A DNA stretch of 64,000 nt from an uncultured Opitutales bacterium (GCA_964564825.1 CAZMBN010000003.1:12052-76051); one strand, 5' to 3'; shown: positions 40,270 to 50,724, numbered from the stretch's first letter. Program-made: numbers and translations. The notes: generated by a model from the letters alone, not told the origin.

Positions 40270-40320
40270 ACTCGCCGCTAGATTACCCCCCTAGTTTGTC
40301 CCTTGCAACACATTTTGAAT

Positions 40321-41766
40321 TCACAAAATTTCGGAAAAGAAGAAAACTACGCCGAAAAACAGGCTAGCAACCGTCAATACTACGACGGAGGGATGGAGTA
40401 TTCTCGTATCGACGAGATCCCGTCCCTTTTCCGCGGGTCCGGACCGGAAGTCGAAGGAGATTCTCATCCATGCAAAATAATAATACACGGAAACGACGGA
40501 CCCAAATATCATCACGCCCATCAACCAATATAATTGAGCGTACCACGCCATGATTAGAATCAGCAACTTGCCGAAAAATCCGGCGGTCGGAGGTATACCG
40601 GCGAGCGAGGCCAACCCCACAACCAATGACGACTCGAGTACGGGGCTGTTCTTTGAAAGTCCGCGATAGTCGGTAAATGTCTGGGCGGAATCGTCTATCC
40701 CTTCAAACTGGTTTACCACAAAAAACAATCCGTAATTCGCCAACAAATACGCCGCCAAATAAAAGTAGAGGATTTCGACCAGGAAATCCCCGTCGAAACG
40801 GATGCTTAAAACCGCCGCAACAAGAACCAGCAGATACCCCGCGTTGGCTATACCGGAAAACGCCATAAGCCGTTTTACGTTAAACTGCGTTATTGCGCCC
40901 AGATTCCCCACAAATATCGTAACCGCCGAGATAACGGACACCGACAATACGGCGTTGGCGCGCAACCGTTCCGCTCCCGCCGATTCAAAATTCAACGCGG
41001 AACAGACCTCCATCAAAAATACTATTCCGGCACCCTTGGAAGCCACGGCGAGAAACGCGGAAACGGGGGTCGGGGCGCCCTGGTACACGTCCGGAGCCCA
41101 AAATTGGAAGGGGAAAGCCGCAAGTTTAAACATAACGCCCGAAACAACGAGCACCAATCCGATCCGGAACAGGTTGTTGGACAGTCCGTACGGGTAGTTT
41201 TCGAACAACAACAAATCCCTGCCGGTCGATACGCCGGCTCCGTAGACAAACGCTATTCCGAGCAGAAAGATCGCCCCGCTCACTCCGCTGACGACAAGAT
41301 ATTTTGCGGCAGCCTCCAAACTCGACGGGACGTCCCTGCTCCACGCCGACATGGTGTAAAGGCATACCGTGGCGCACTCGAGCGACACGAACGCGAACAT
41401 CAAATTTCCGGAGCGCACAAAAAGAGTTAGGGCCGCCGTGCACAACATTATCAGAGCGAAAAGCTCGTTTCTGTTTTCCGCCCCCTTAATCGAATAGACA
41501 AAAACCATCAACGACGACAACAACGCACAGGATATTGCAAATATTCCAAAAGGGGCCCCGAAAGCGGGTTTTCCCGACGACGCCTGTCGGAAATACATCT
41601 CCAAGACGAGCGCCGCAATCATGCCGAACACGGCGAAGAGGGACACCCACTTGCCGCTACGTTCGGATCTCGAAAACGCCGCAAAAGCTATCGTAACCAC
41701 CGCAGAACCGGCCAAGACCCCCTCGGACAGGACGCCGTTCCAATTGAAAATTGCTGGGTTTTCCAT
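40321..41766 (-). CDS. nuoN: NADH-quinone oxidoreductase subunit N
   Basis: 481 aa from ATG 41766, 5 nt after the nuoM stop. Polytopic antiporter-like subunit. The track ORF over-extends into nuoM. Confidence 0.92.
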   Translation of the reverse strand: MENPAIFNWNGVLSEGVLAGSAVVTIAFAAFSRSERSGKWVSLFAVFGMIAALVLEMYFRQASSGKPAFGAPFGIFAISCALLSSLMVFVYSIKGAENRNELFALIMLCTAALTLFVRSGNLMFAFVSLECATVCLYTMSAWSRDVPSSLEAAAKYLVVSGVSGAIFLLGIAFVYGAGVSTGRDLLLFENYPYGLSNNLFRIGLVLVVSGVMFKLAAFPFQFWAPDVYQGAPTPVSAFLAVASKGAGIVFLMEVCSALNFESAGAERLRANAVLSVSVISAVTIFVGNLGAITQFNVKRLMAFSGIANAGYLLVLVAAVLSIRFDGDFLVEILYFYLAAYLLANYGLFFVVNQFEGIDDSAQTFTDYRGLSKNSPVLESSLVVGLASLAGIPPTAGFFGKLLILIMAWYAQLYWLMGVMIFGSVVSVYYYFAWMRISFDFRSGPAEKGRDLVDTRILHPSVVVLTVASLFFGVVFFFSEIL

Positions 41767-41771
41767 AAATT

Positions 41772-43271
41772 CTATTTGGATTGGTTGTAGGATGGAATCG
41801 CGGATATGGTCGTATTGGCTCCGTCGCCCACCGCGCGCGGGAAGCATCCCACCATAAGCAAAAATGCCAAAAGGACGACCGCGGGGATGCGTTCCCTAAC
41901 GGACAAGTCCGGGGTATCCGCCGAAAGTTGGGGAGACGGTTCCCCCATGAACACCCGCGCGAACGCCCGCAAGGCGTAGACGGCAGATATTATTATGCTC
42001 GATGCAGCGAGGGCGCATACGGCGGGGGAGAAATTCCAAAGGCTGATTAATATGCCGAGTTCCCCCCAGAAATTCGGGAATCCTGGCAATCCTATACTTG
42101 CCGCGACGGCGGCGAGAAAGAATCCGGCAAGAACGGGCGTGCGTTTGTACAATCCCCCCATCTTAAACATATCCCATTCGCCCGTCCTGTTGGTGACGTG
42201 CCCGCAAAGAAGGAACAGCAACGCCACGCTCAAACCGTGCCCGAACATAAGAAAGACGGCGCCGCCCGCTCCGAGTACAGTCATCGGACACAGCGCTAGG
42301 AAGCACATGCCCATATGGGAGACGCTTGAATACGATATCATCATTTTCAGCTCCCTCTGCGCCATCGCAACCAAGCCTATGTAGACCACGTTGCACAAAG
42401 CCAAAACCGCTATCACCCGCGTCCAGCAAACACACCCCGACGGGAGCAGGGGCACGACGAACTGCAACAGGAGGTACAATCCGAATTTTTTTAAAACTCC
42501 GGCATGGAGCATTGAAAACGCGGTGGGGGCCGCCGTATATCCCCGCGGAGCCCACGAATAAAACGGAAAGAGCGAAACAAGTGTTCCAAGCCCGAAGAAA
42601 AGCATCGCAAATATCGCGCATTGCCATTGCTCTCCAATCGGATTGCGCGCCAGCGCTTCCGCCAGCGAAACCAAAGCGAAATCGTCGGAACCGCTCATGG
42701 CGTACAACGCTATTAGACCCACGAGGGAGATTAGTGCTCCAAGTGTTAAATAGACGGCCATCTGGATTGCCGCCATCCGCCTGCCGGCGCCGCCCCATAA
42801 CAACATTGCTATAAAGGTCGGGACGATGGCGAACTCGTGGAATATGTACATCCACAATACGTTCGTCGACGAGAACGCCCCCATCAACCCCCCCGTCATA
42901 AACAGGAGCAAGGTGTAGTACAACCGGGTCTGTTGAAAATTGCGGCCGGCGGACCATAGACACGCGCAAAACGACACTATCCCGGCAAGGGCGAACAAAG
43001 GGGCGGATATTCCGTCCAATCCAAGCGGGGGCAGGGAAAGTCCGCATACGTCCGGCGAACTCGAAAACGCAAACCCCGCATCCCAGGCGTACGAACCGGC
43101 GTATACGGCCCACACGACCGTGGAGGCCACAAAAACCGTCCCGGATGCAAACAACGCCAAAGTCTTTATAAAACGCGCCCCCGCCGACGGCGGAAGAACC
43201 GCCGTAAGCAGGGCGGCCGCAAGCGGAACATAAAGCGCAACACCCATTAGAATCTCGCAAAACGTATTCAT
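41772..43271 (-). CDS. nuoM: NADH-quinone oxidoreductase subunit M
   Basis: 499 aa. WAPRGYTAAPTAFSMLHAGVLKKFGLY matches the NuoM WLPDAH..APTAGS region. Confidence 0.93.
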   Translation of the reverse strand: MNTFCEILMGVALYVPLAAALLTAVLPPSAGARFIKTLALFASGTVFVASTVVWAVYAGSYAWDAGFAFSSSPDVCGLSLPPLGLDGISAPLFALAGIVSFCACLWSAGRNFQQTRLYYTLLLFMTGGLMGAFSSTNVLWMYIFHEFAIVPTFIAMLLWGGAGRRMAAIQMAVYLTLGALISLVGLIALYAMSGSDDFALVSLAEALARNPIGEQWQCAIFAMLFFGLGTLVSLFPFYSWAPRGYTAAPTAFSMLHAGVLKKFGLYLLLQFVVPLLPSGCVCWTRVIAVLALCNVVYIGLVAMAQRELKMMISYSSVSHMGMCFLALCPMTVLGAGGAVFLMFGHGLSVALLFLLCGHVTNRTGEWDMFKMGGLYKRTPVLAGFFLAAVAASIGLPGFPNFWGELGILISLWNFSPAVCALAASSIIISAVYALRAFARVFMGEPSPQLSADTPDLSVRERIPAVVLLAFLLMVGCFPRAVGDGANTTISAIPSYNQSK

Positions 43272-43281
43272 CGAATATAAT

Positions 43282-45177
43282 TTACTGCACGGTTATAAGA
43301 ACAAATAGCATTATCACGCCCGCGACAATCCAACGCGATTGCGAATTCGCGGAGCAATCGTGCATGCGCTTGAATCCCTGTCCGACAACGGCGCATACCG
43401 CCCCCGCTCCCCTCACGCAAAGCAGTTCTATCAGAAACAGATCCACAAAGGTGCCGAGAAATATCGCAATGCGCTGTTGAACTTTGGCCACGTACCACGA
43501 ATACAACTCGTCGAACCACCCGTGGGCGGCAAGCGCGGAGTAGATAAAGGAACCCCTTTCGCGAAGCATGTCCCTTCTGTTGGGACCGTAAATAAACCAT
43601 GAAACCGCAACACCCGCAAGAGTGAGGAGCACCGTTCCTATTTTCAATTCGCGCAAATACGGGATTGCGGCTCTCGCCTCCGCTGCGCCGGAGACGAATT
43701 TTGCCGCGGACGACGGCACCAGAAAATCCATTTTTCCGCCCAGCCACTCCAGCTCGTATGGGAAAGCCCACGCTCCGCAAAGGGAGTAAACCGCCAAAAC
43801 TATTAGGGGAAGTGTCATCCACGGGGAGCTTTCCACGGCCTCCGCTGCCTTTTCGGACGAGGGGTTTCCGAGAAATACGTTGAAAAACAGCCGGCACATG
43901 TATACGGGGGTCAAAACCGCGCCGCCCAGTATCAGGCAAAAAGCCGTTTTGTCCAGGAAGCCCCCGTCGATAAAGCGTCCAAAGGAGGAAACTAATATGG
44001 CGTCCTTGCTGTAATAGCCGGAAAAATACGGCGCCGCCATTATGGAGAGGGTTGCAACGAGCGCGACAACCGACGTCAATGGCATCCTTTTAAAGAGCCC
44101 GCCCATTTTAAATATATCCTGTTCGTGGCGGCACGCGTGTATTATCGATCCTGCCGCAAGGAAGAGCGCCGCCTTAAAAAAAGCGTGGGTTGTTAAATGA
44201 AACATCGCCAACCTGTAGTCCAGCGCCACCCCCGCCCCCATCAGCCCCAAATGCGCGAGCGTGGAATACGCGAGTATCTTTTTGATATCGCTTTGACCGA
44301 GGGCCCACAATCCGGCGAGGAACGCCATCAGGGAACACGATACGAGAACCAGGTCCGCCACCTGCGGAGTGAGAAATCCTATCGCGGCGAGCCGCACCAT
44401 CATGTATATTCCGGCGGCGACCATGGTCGCCGCATGGATAAGGGCGGATACGGGCGTGGGTCCAGCCATCGCGTCTGGAAGCCATACCTGGAGGGGAAAT
44501 TGCGCGCTCTTCCCCAAGAAGCCGCACATGACCAACATCCCCATAGCCGTGGAGGCCTCGCCCGGGGATGCCTTGAATATCTCCCTCAATTCGTAAAAAT
44601 CCACGGTGCCGAAGACGTTCCAGCAAAATATTATTCCGAGAAGAAATCCGAAATCCCCAACACGGTTGACTATAAACGCCTTTTTCGAAGCGTCGCTCGC
44701 AACGGCGGTATCGGCGTAATGCGCTATCAAAGAATAGGAACTGAATCCGACAAATTCCCAAAACACGAACATCATCAGCAGGTTCGACGACAGCACTATG
44801 CCAGTCATCGAAAACATGAAAAAGCTCATCCCCGCAAAAAACCGGCCCTTCGACGAATCGGTATCCATATAACCCACGCTGAAAACGTGTATGAGGAATC
44901 CCACGAGACACACCACGAATATCATGTTTGCGGTTATATCGTCGAAAAGAAATCCCATATCCATCGAAAATTTCCCGAGGCGGAAAAACTCCAAAGGACT
45001 CCTGTACACCCCCGATTTCAAATCGGAGAACAACAGGCAAAATACAACGCACAATGTCGCAAACGCGGACGCCACCGAGAGCGCGGCCCCCCCCCATTTG
45101 GATTTTCTGAAAAACAGCACTATTACCAGCGCAGATAAAAGCGGGGAGATAAGCAGAAATTCTAGTTGGTGCTGCAT
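43282..45177 (-). CDS. nuoL: NADH-quinone oxidoreductase subunit L
   Basis: 631 aa from ATG 45177, 1 nt after the nuoK stop. WLPDAMAGPTPVSALIHAATMVAAG hallmark. Confidence 0.93.
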   Translation of the reverse strand: MQHQLEFLLISPLLSALVIVLFFRKSKWGGAALSVASAFATLCVVFCLLFSDLKSGVYRSPLEFFRLGKFSMDMGFLFDDITANMIFVVCLVGFLIHVFSVGYMDTDSSKGRFFAGMSFFMFSMTGIVLSSNLLMMFVFWEFVGFSSYSLIAHYADTAVASDASKKAFIVNRVGDFGFLLGIIFCWNVFGTVDFYELREIFKASPGEASTAMGMLVMCGFLGKSAQFPLQVWLPDAMAGPTPVSALIHAATMVAAGIYMMVRLAAIGFLTPQVADLVLVSCSLMAFLAGLWALGQSDIKKILAYSTLAHLGLMGAGVALDYRLAMFHLTTHAFFKAALFLAAGSIIHACRHEQDIFKMGGLFKRMPLTSVVALVATLSIMAAPYFSGYYSKDAILVSSFGRFIDGGFLDKTAFCLILGGAVLTPVYMCRLFFNVFLGNPSSEKAAEAVESSPWMTLPLIVLAVYSLCGAWAFPYELEWLGGKMDFLVPSSAAKFVSGAAEARAAIPYLRELKIGTVLLTLAGVAVSWFIYGPNRRDMLRERGSFIYSALAAHGWFDELYSWYVAKVQQRIAIFLGTFVDLFLIELLCVRGAGAVCAVVGQGFKRMHDCSANSQSRWIVAGVIMLFVLITVQ

Positions 45178-45178
45178 G

Positions 45179-45484
45179 TCAATCCCCCAAATTGTCCATT
45201 TCACGGGCAGACACGGTTCCCGCCACGCGGTGGAGTTGCGTTATTACCGCGAGTCCGACGGCGACTTCGGCGGCGGCTATGGTCATTATAAAGAACGCGA
45301 ACACCCCGCCGTCCATGTCGTTACAAACGCTCGAAAACGCGGCGAACGCAAGTATCGCCCCGGAAAGCATCAACTCTATGCACATGAGTATGCTTATTAA
45401 ATTTCGCTTAAACATCGCCCCGGCCAGGCCAGTCAGGAACAAAGCCAACGCGGGGAGGAGAAACTGGTTTAATATTTCGTTCAT
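45179..45484 (-). CDS. nuoK: NADH-quinone oxidoreductase subunit K
   Basis: 101 aa with three TM helices, in the conserved position. Confidence 0.93.
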   Translation of the reverse strand: MNEILNQFLLPALALFLTGLAGAMFKRNLISILMCIELMLSGAILAFAAFSSVCNDMDGGVFAFFIMTIAAAEVAVGLAVITQLHRVAGTVSAREMDNLGD

Positions 45485-45496
45485 ATGCGCGCCTTC

Positions 45497-46021
45497 CTAT
45501 GCATTTTTGGTACGTTTTAAACGGGCGACGACTATAACCCCCACCATCGCCGCAAACAGCATCAATCCGACAATCTCAAACGGCAGCAAAAATTTCGTAA
45601 ACAAGACATAACCGTAATTCTTGGGATGCGACAACATATTCCCGATTTCGGAAGACGCCCCGGTCAAGACCGTGTCCGCATTTGGCGCGACAATCCGGGA
45701 ATCGAAGAAAACCAGGCACGCGCACATCGCCCCCCACAGGACGAGCAGCATAAGTTCCCGCGTGTACGGTTTTTTCTCGCGTTTATCCCCTATCAACATG
45801 GCGACAAACACGAAGAGGACAAGAACGGCTCCCGCATAAACCGACACCATCGCAAAAGCCAGAAAATAGGCGCGCAACAACAACAATAGTCCGGCGACCC
45901 CGAGCATCGACGCCAACATCGACATTGCGGAGTTCACAAACCCTCTCAGAAGCAGCACCCCGAGTCCGCCGCCCAGGCACATGGCGCAAAACAAATAATA
46001 TGTAAAATTCTCAACTTCCAT
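45497..46021 (-). CDS. nuoJ: NADH-quinone oxidoreductase subunit J
   Basis: 174 aa from ATG 46021, which overlaps the nuoI stop (TGATG). The track ORF is over-extended to 46066. Confidence 0.9.
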   Translation of the reverse strand: MEVENFTYYLFCAMCLGGGLGVLLLRGFVNSAMSMLASMLGVAGLLLLLRAYFLAFAMVSVYAGAVLVLFVFVAMLIGDKREKKPYTRELMLLVLWGAMCACLVFFDSRIVAPNADTVLTGASSEIGNMLSHPKNYGYVLFTKFLLPFEIVGLMLFAAMVGVIVVARLKRTKNA

Positions 46022-46557
46022 CAGCGCGATCCCTCCAATTCGGAGTTGTCCTTTACCCTCTTCCACTTCATTTGCTTGTCCGGAAGGATGCCGCCGGCCT
46101 CGTAAAGGAGACGTTTATCGCGCAGCAATTCGGAACGCGTCAGCCCGTTTATGGAAAACTCGGTCTGCAGAACTATCGCGCGCTCCGGACAAGCCTCCTC
46201 GCACATGCCGCAAAATATGCAGCGGGCCATGTCTATCATGAAGCTTAACGGCGCCTTCTCTATATACGCGTACTCGCTGTCTGCGGGAATTTCCCCCGGG
46301 ACGATTTTTATGGCCTTGGACGGACAAACAAACTCGCACAACTGACACGAGACGCATTTTTCCCTACCCTGCGAGTCCTTTACGAGGGTTGGGGCGCCCC
46401 TGTACCCAGCGGGCAAAGACGGATACTGGTCGGGGTATTCCAACGTGATTTTGGGTTTAAAAAATGTCTTAAGCGTTATGTATAAACCCGACGCTATCTG
46501 GGGCAGATATGTCCGCTCCCACCAACTAAGACGTTTCCTCTCTACTATTAAAGCCAT
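46021..46557 (-). CDS. nuoI: NADH-quinone oxidoreductase subunit I
   Basis: 178 aa. Two ferredoxin motifs, CVSCQLCEFVCP and CIFCGMCEEACP. Confidence 0.93.
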   Translation of the reverse strand: MALIVERKRLSWWERTYLPQIASGLYITLKTFFKPKITLEYPDQYPSLPAGYRGAPTLVKDSQGREKCVSCQLCEFVCPSKAIKIVPGEIPADSEYAYIEKAPLSFMIDMARCIFCGMCEEACPERAIVLQTEFSINGLTRSELLRDKRLLYEAGGILPDKQMKWKRVKDNSELEGSR

Positions 46558-46561
46558 ATCC

Positions 46562-47680
46562 TTATACTGCCATAAAAATTATATACGCCGTAAAGTTCAA
46601 CAGTGACAGCGGGACGATTTTCTTCCATCCCAACGACATAACCTGGTCGTATCTAAAACGCGGAAGGGTCCAACGCACCCATATAAAGAAAAACAGCATA
46701 GCCGCCGTTTTTACAAGAACTGTCAAAAGCGACAACACCGCGGATATCCATCCCCACGATTCCGGCCAGGAAAGCCCCGGCAGGGGATACCACGCACCCA
46801 GGAACAGGGTTACGAAAAGGGACGATCCCACCACAATATGTCCGTACTCCCCGACGAAGAACAGTCCGAATTTGAAGCTGCCGTACTCTGTGTGGTAACC
46901 GCTTACAAGGTCCGTCTCGCTCTCGGCCACGTCGAACGGCAGTCTGTTCGTTTCCGCAAACAGCGCCACCAGGAAAAACAACGCCGACACGGGCTGTGTT
47001 ATGCAAAACCATAAATCCTCCTGCGCTTGGGCTATGGAAAACAGGTTAAGCGGAGACTGGGAACGGAGTCCGGTCCACAGAACGACGGGAAGAACGGACA
47101 GCGCCATCGCTATTTCGTAGCTTATGACCTCCGCCGATGCCCTCATCGCCCCTATGTAGGGGAATTTGCTGTTCGAGGACCATCCCGCCATTATTGCGCC
47201 GTACACGCCCAAAGCGCTGACGGCAAGCGCCAGAAGCAAACTTACGTCCACGTCGGCCACGGATATCGGACGCATCTGTCCGTTGCTCCAATACACCCCG
47301 AAAGGCACGACGCACGCCACAATCAAAACGGGAGAAAGCGCCATTGCGGGCGCGACCATATACCAAAATTTGTTCACATGCCCCGGAAGGGGATCCTCCT
47401 TTAGAAGAAACTTCAATCCGTCCGCCACAAGCTGCATCAACCCGTTTTTCTTCAAAAAATTGCCTATAAAAGGTACGGCCGCCATCACCGGAATAGCGGT
47501 TCTATTGGGCCCGTATCTGCCTTGGATAAACGCGCATACTTTCCGTTCTGCAACGACACCCAACCCGGCGAACGTCATCACCATAACTATTTCCAAGAGG
47601 GCGAACAGCACCGGCAGGAGCGTGTTGAAGAACGCAAGCGATCCCGCCGCTTCCGCTGTTGATGTTGAAACGGTTTCCAT
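46562..47680 (-). CDS. nuoH: NADH-quinone oxidoreductase subunit H
   Basis: 372 aa. FAETNRLPFDVAESETDLVSGYHTEYGS hallmark. Confidence 0.95.
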   Translation of the reverse strand: METVSTSTAEAAGSLAFFNTLLPVLFALLEIVMVMTFAGLGVVAERKVCAFIQGRYGPNRTAIPVMAAVPFIGNFLKKNGLMQLVADGLKFLLKEDPLPGHVNKFWYMVAPAMALSPVLIVACVVPFGVYWSNGQMRPISVADVDVSLLLALAVSALGVYGAIMAGWSSNSKFPYIGAMRASAEVISYEIAMALSVLPVVLWTGLRSQSPLNLFSIAQAQEDLWFCITQPVSALFFLVALFAETNRLPFDVAESETDLVSGYHTEYGSFKFGLFFVGEYGHIVVGSSLFVTLFLGAWYPLPGLSWPESWGWISAVLSLLTVLVKTAAMLFFFIWVRWTLPRFRYDQVMSLGWKKIVPLSLLNFTAYIIFMAV

Positions 47681-47686
47681 AATACG

Positions 47687-49354
47687 CTATTCCCGTCTTT
47701 TAAAATTGTACGCCTCCGCCTCGGGAAAATCCACGCCGTCAAAAGGCGACGGATCTATCGGCACTCCGGTTGCCCCAACGTCGATACAACCCGACAACAA
47801 CGGTACGCGCGAAGCCATAACTTCGCGTATGCTCCGCGTCGACATGTTTTCGGACGCGGGGAACGAGTATTCCCCCAACAACGAAAGCAGAAAACGCGAG
47901 TCGTCGGCGACGCCGGGCGCCGCATCGACCGCCTTCGAGAATTTCTGGACTCTCCATTGGCGGTTTATCCACATCCCATCCTTCTCAAATTCGTTGCGCA
48001 TCGGTATGCACACCTTCGCCAGCATCGAGGTGGAATTTTCCAGCGAGCCGCAATATATTACGTGCGACGCCTTGAAATGCCCGGAATTGAACCCCAGTTT
48101 CAACAGGTTTTCCCTCAGGCAAAGAACCGTTGCCACCTCCCCGGAATCTATTTTTTCCGCCAGCGCCGAGAGGTCGGATGGGGGATAGTCCTTTAAAAGT
48201 CCGGTTACAAAGGCGCCCCTCATATTCGGGGTGCGGTCGGCGCTCACAAGCTTGCCGTCGTCTTCCCCGATATGGCTTGCCATGTAAACCTCCGCCCCGC
48301 ACAAGTTGGAGAATTCGCGGATGAGGAACATCTCTTCGAGAGTTTGCCAAGCGTTTGCAACTATCGCAACCTTCCCCAGTTTGAGTATTTCCGTGCACCG
48401 GGAAACTGCGTATCCCAAATCGCAGGACGTGGAGTCTATGCGCGGGAGCTTTAACCGATTCGCGTCGTTGAAACGCAAATACACGTACCGACCGCTGTCG
48501 CTCATAAACATGCCGTTTACGTCGTCGTTGCGGCGCGGGGTTATCCTGTATATTCTCCCGTTGCGCGACCATACGCGCGTGTTCACTCCCGCGCTGCTCT
48601 CCGCGCATATGCTGTCCGTGGTCTTTAGGAACCACGGGCGCATCTTGAAACGGAAGGCCTTTTCCGTGAGTGCGCCCACCGGACAACCGTCCACCACGTT
48701 TAATAAATAATTGCTTTCGTTGTCGCCGCCCTGGTAGACCGATATTTCGGTCTTCGATCCACGGTTGACGAAGCCGAATACGCTCCTGCCTATGAATTCC
48801 TCGCAAAAACGGATGCAACGCGAACATTCTATACATCTTTCGCTGTCCAATATTATCTTGCCCGACACGTCTATATGCTTGGATTTTACGTTCTTGCGTT
48901 CAACGTACCTGGATTTGTCCCGTCCGTAGGCGTGCGTATACTCTTGGAGTTTGCATTCCCCCGCCTTGTCGCATATCGGACAGTCCAGCGGATGGTTCAA
49001 CAAAAGGAATTCGAGAACGCTTTCCCTGCACTTTTTTACGGCGTCGCCATCGGTGACGATGTGCATCCCCTGCGCGACCTTTGTTCCGCAGGCTATCGAC
49101 AATTTTGGAGCCCATGCGATTTGGACGGAGCCGTCCTCGCCCTTTACAACGTCCCCGGTTTCCCTGTCCCGGGCGGGCATACCTACGGAAACCAGGCACA
49201 TCCTGCACGATCCCGCGACTTTTAAACTCGGATGGTAGCAAAAAAACGGGATTTCGACTCCGATACCGCGGCACGCCTCCAATACGTTCTGCCCGCCGTC
49301 GACCATGTAATCGACGCCGTTGACGTTTATGTCGATCTTCTGTTTTTCCTCCAT
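47687..49354 (-). CDS. nuoG: NADH-quinone oxidoreductase subunit G (short, 555 aa)
   Basis: Starts at ATG 49354 (MEEKQKIDINVNGVDY), 2 nt after the nuoF stop. 2Fe-2S GSCRMCLV; HPLDCPICDKAGECKLQ; CIECSRCIRFC; CPVGAL. The track ORF over-extends 94 codons into nuoF. Confidence 0.9.
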   Translation of the reverse strand: MEEKQKIDINVNGVDYMVDGGQNVLEACRGIGVEIPFFCYHPSLKVAGSCRMCLVSVGMPARDRETGDVVKGEDGSVQIAWAPKLSIACGTKVAQGMHIVTDGDAVKKCRESVLEFLLLNHPLDCPICDKAGECKLQEYTHAYGRDKSRYVERKNVKSKHIDVSGKIILDSERCIECSRCIRFCEEFIGRSVFGFVNRGSKTEISVYQGGDNESNYLLNVVDGCPVGALTEKAFRFKMRPWFLKTTDSICAESSAGVNTRVWSRNGRIYRITPRRNDDVNGMFMSDSGRYVYLRFNDANRLKLPRIDSTSCDLGYAVSRCTEILKLGKVAIVANAWQTLEEMFLIREFSNLCGAEVYMASHIGEDDGKLVSADRTPNMRGAFVTGLLKDYPPSDLSALAEKIDSGEVATVLCLRENLLKLGFNSGHFKASHVIYCGSLENSTSMLAKVCIPMRNEFEKDGMWINRQWRVQKFSKAVDAAPGVADDSRFLLSLLGEYSFPASENMSTRSIREVMASRVPLLSGCIDVGATGVPIDPSPFDGVDFPEAEAYNFKRRE

Positions 49355-49356
49355 CG

Positions 49357-50721
49357 TCAAATCAGTCTGTATGCGTTGTTGTCGCAACGCGCCTGCCCCC
49401 CCACGGTTTGCTGGCGCCGGATTTTTTCGTAGTACTCTTCGCGGAACTTGGATACGTTGCTTTGGGTCGGCCATGCCGCCCCTTCTCCAAGCGCGCATAT
49501 GGTGCGTCCGCACATGTTGTCGGCAATGCTCAAAAGGAGTTCCACGTCTTCTTTCCTCCCCCATCCCTCGCTTATACGGCGGGTTATGCGGGACATCCAT
49601 AACGTCCCCTCCCTGCACGGGGTGCATTGTCCGCAACTCTCGTGCGCGTAAAACTGATTCAGGTTGGACAAGGCTTCCACCATGTCCACCGTATTATCCA
49701 TCACTATCACCCCGCACGATCCTATCGAAGTGCCGCACGCCTGGAACGACGGCGCATCGAGCGGAATATCCTCGGTTCTTATCTCGCGCGCGGAACCGTC
49801 GGGATTTTTCAGGGCAAACTTCTCGTCCCACTTCAAAATCTTCATGGAGGACCCGCCGGGAATTACGGCTTTGAATCGCCTGCCGGAAAGCGGTCCACCG
49901 CATAGGTCGTAGAGCAGTTCGCCGAGGGTCGCCCCGCCGCTGCTTATCTCGTAGCAACCCGGTCTCTGGACAAGGCCGCTCACTCCCCATATGTGCGTGC
50001 CCGGGTCGGCGGGATTGCCTATTTTGGATACGTAATCCCCCCCGCGGCGGAACACTATTGGAACCCAACAAAGGGTCTCGACATTGTTTACGACGGTCGG
50101 GCAATCGTAGAGCCCCATTGCGGCGGGAAAATAGGGGGGTTTTATGCGGGGATACGCCCTTCCCCCCGCAAGCGACGATATTAACCCCGTCTCCTCTCCG
50201 CACACGTAACACCCCGCCCCACGGCATACGGTAATGTCGCAAGAATACCCGCTTCCGCACACGTCGGCGCCCACAAATCCCATGTGTCGGGCGTCGGATA
50301 TGGCTTTCATCAGTATCCTGTATCCGTTTATGTATTCTCCCCTTATGTATACAAAAGCCTGCGCGGCGCCTATCGCGTAGGCGGTGCACATTACACCCTC
50401 CACCAGCTTGTGGGGATCCTTGTAAATTATCTGTCGGTCCTTGCATGTTCCGGGTTCAGATTCGTCGGCGTTGCAAACCAAATAGATGGGTTTTCCGCTT
50501 TTTCTATCCAGGAACTTCCATTTCATCCCCGTCGGGAATCCCGCACCTCCGCGCCCCTTTATTTTCGATTTCTCCATTTCCGCGCACAATTCCCCGCGCG
50601 GACGCACCACGGTGTCGCGCAGGGCGTCATATCCACCCGCCGACATGTACTTTTCGATCGAAGTATTCCAACCTTCAAGTCCTATGTGCTCGTAAATTAT
50701 CCTGTTTTCAACCGCGGCCAT
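49357..50721 (-). CDS. nuoF: NADH-quinone oxidoreductase subunit F
   Basis: 454 aa. GRGGAGFPTGMKW (FMN/NADH site) and ESCGQCTPCREG (N3 cluster). Confidence 0.95.
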   Translation of the reverse strand: MAAVENRIIYEHIGLEGWNTSIEKYMSAGGYDALRDTVVRPRGELCAEMEKSKIKGRGGAGFPTGMKWKFLDRKSGKPIYLVCNADESEPGTCKDRQIIYKDPHKLVEGVMCTAYAIGAAQAFVYIRGEYINGYRILMKAISDARHMGFVGADVCGSGYSCDITVCRGAGCYVCGEETGLISSLAGGRAYPRIKPPYFPAAMGLYDCPTVVNNVETLCWVPIVFRRGGDYVSKIGNPADPGTHIWGVSGLVQRPGCYEISSGGATLGELLYDLCGGPLSGRRFKAVIPGGSSMKILKWDEKFALKNPDGSAREIRTEDIPLDAPSFQACGTSIGSCGVIVMDNTVDMVEALSNLNQFYAHESCGQCTPCREGTLWMSRITRRISEGWGRKEDVELLLSIADNMCGRTICALGEGAAWPTQSNVSKFREEYYEKIRRQQTVGGQARCDNNAYRLI

Positions 50722-50724
50722 AAC

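Noticed and set aside
45087-45095. G9 homopolymer (C9 on the plus strand) within codons 34-37 of nuoL, considered as a slipped-strand phase-variation switch.
   Set aside because: Runs of 8-9 nt also occur in other core genes here: A8 in ffh at 4489-4496, A9 in ugd at 7973-7981 and A8 in the LysM gene at 60023-60030. A phase-variable essential respiratory subunit is implausible, and one sequence gives no evidence of length variation.
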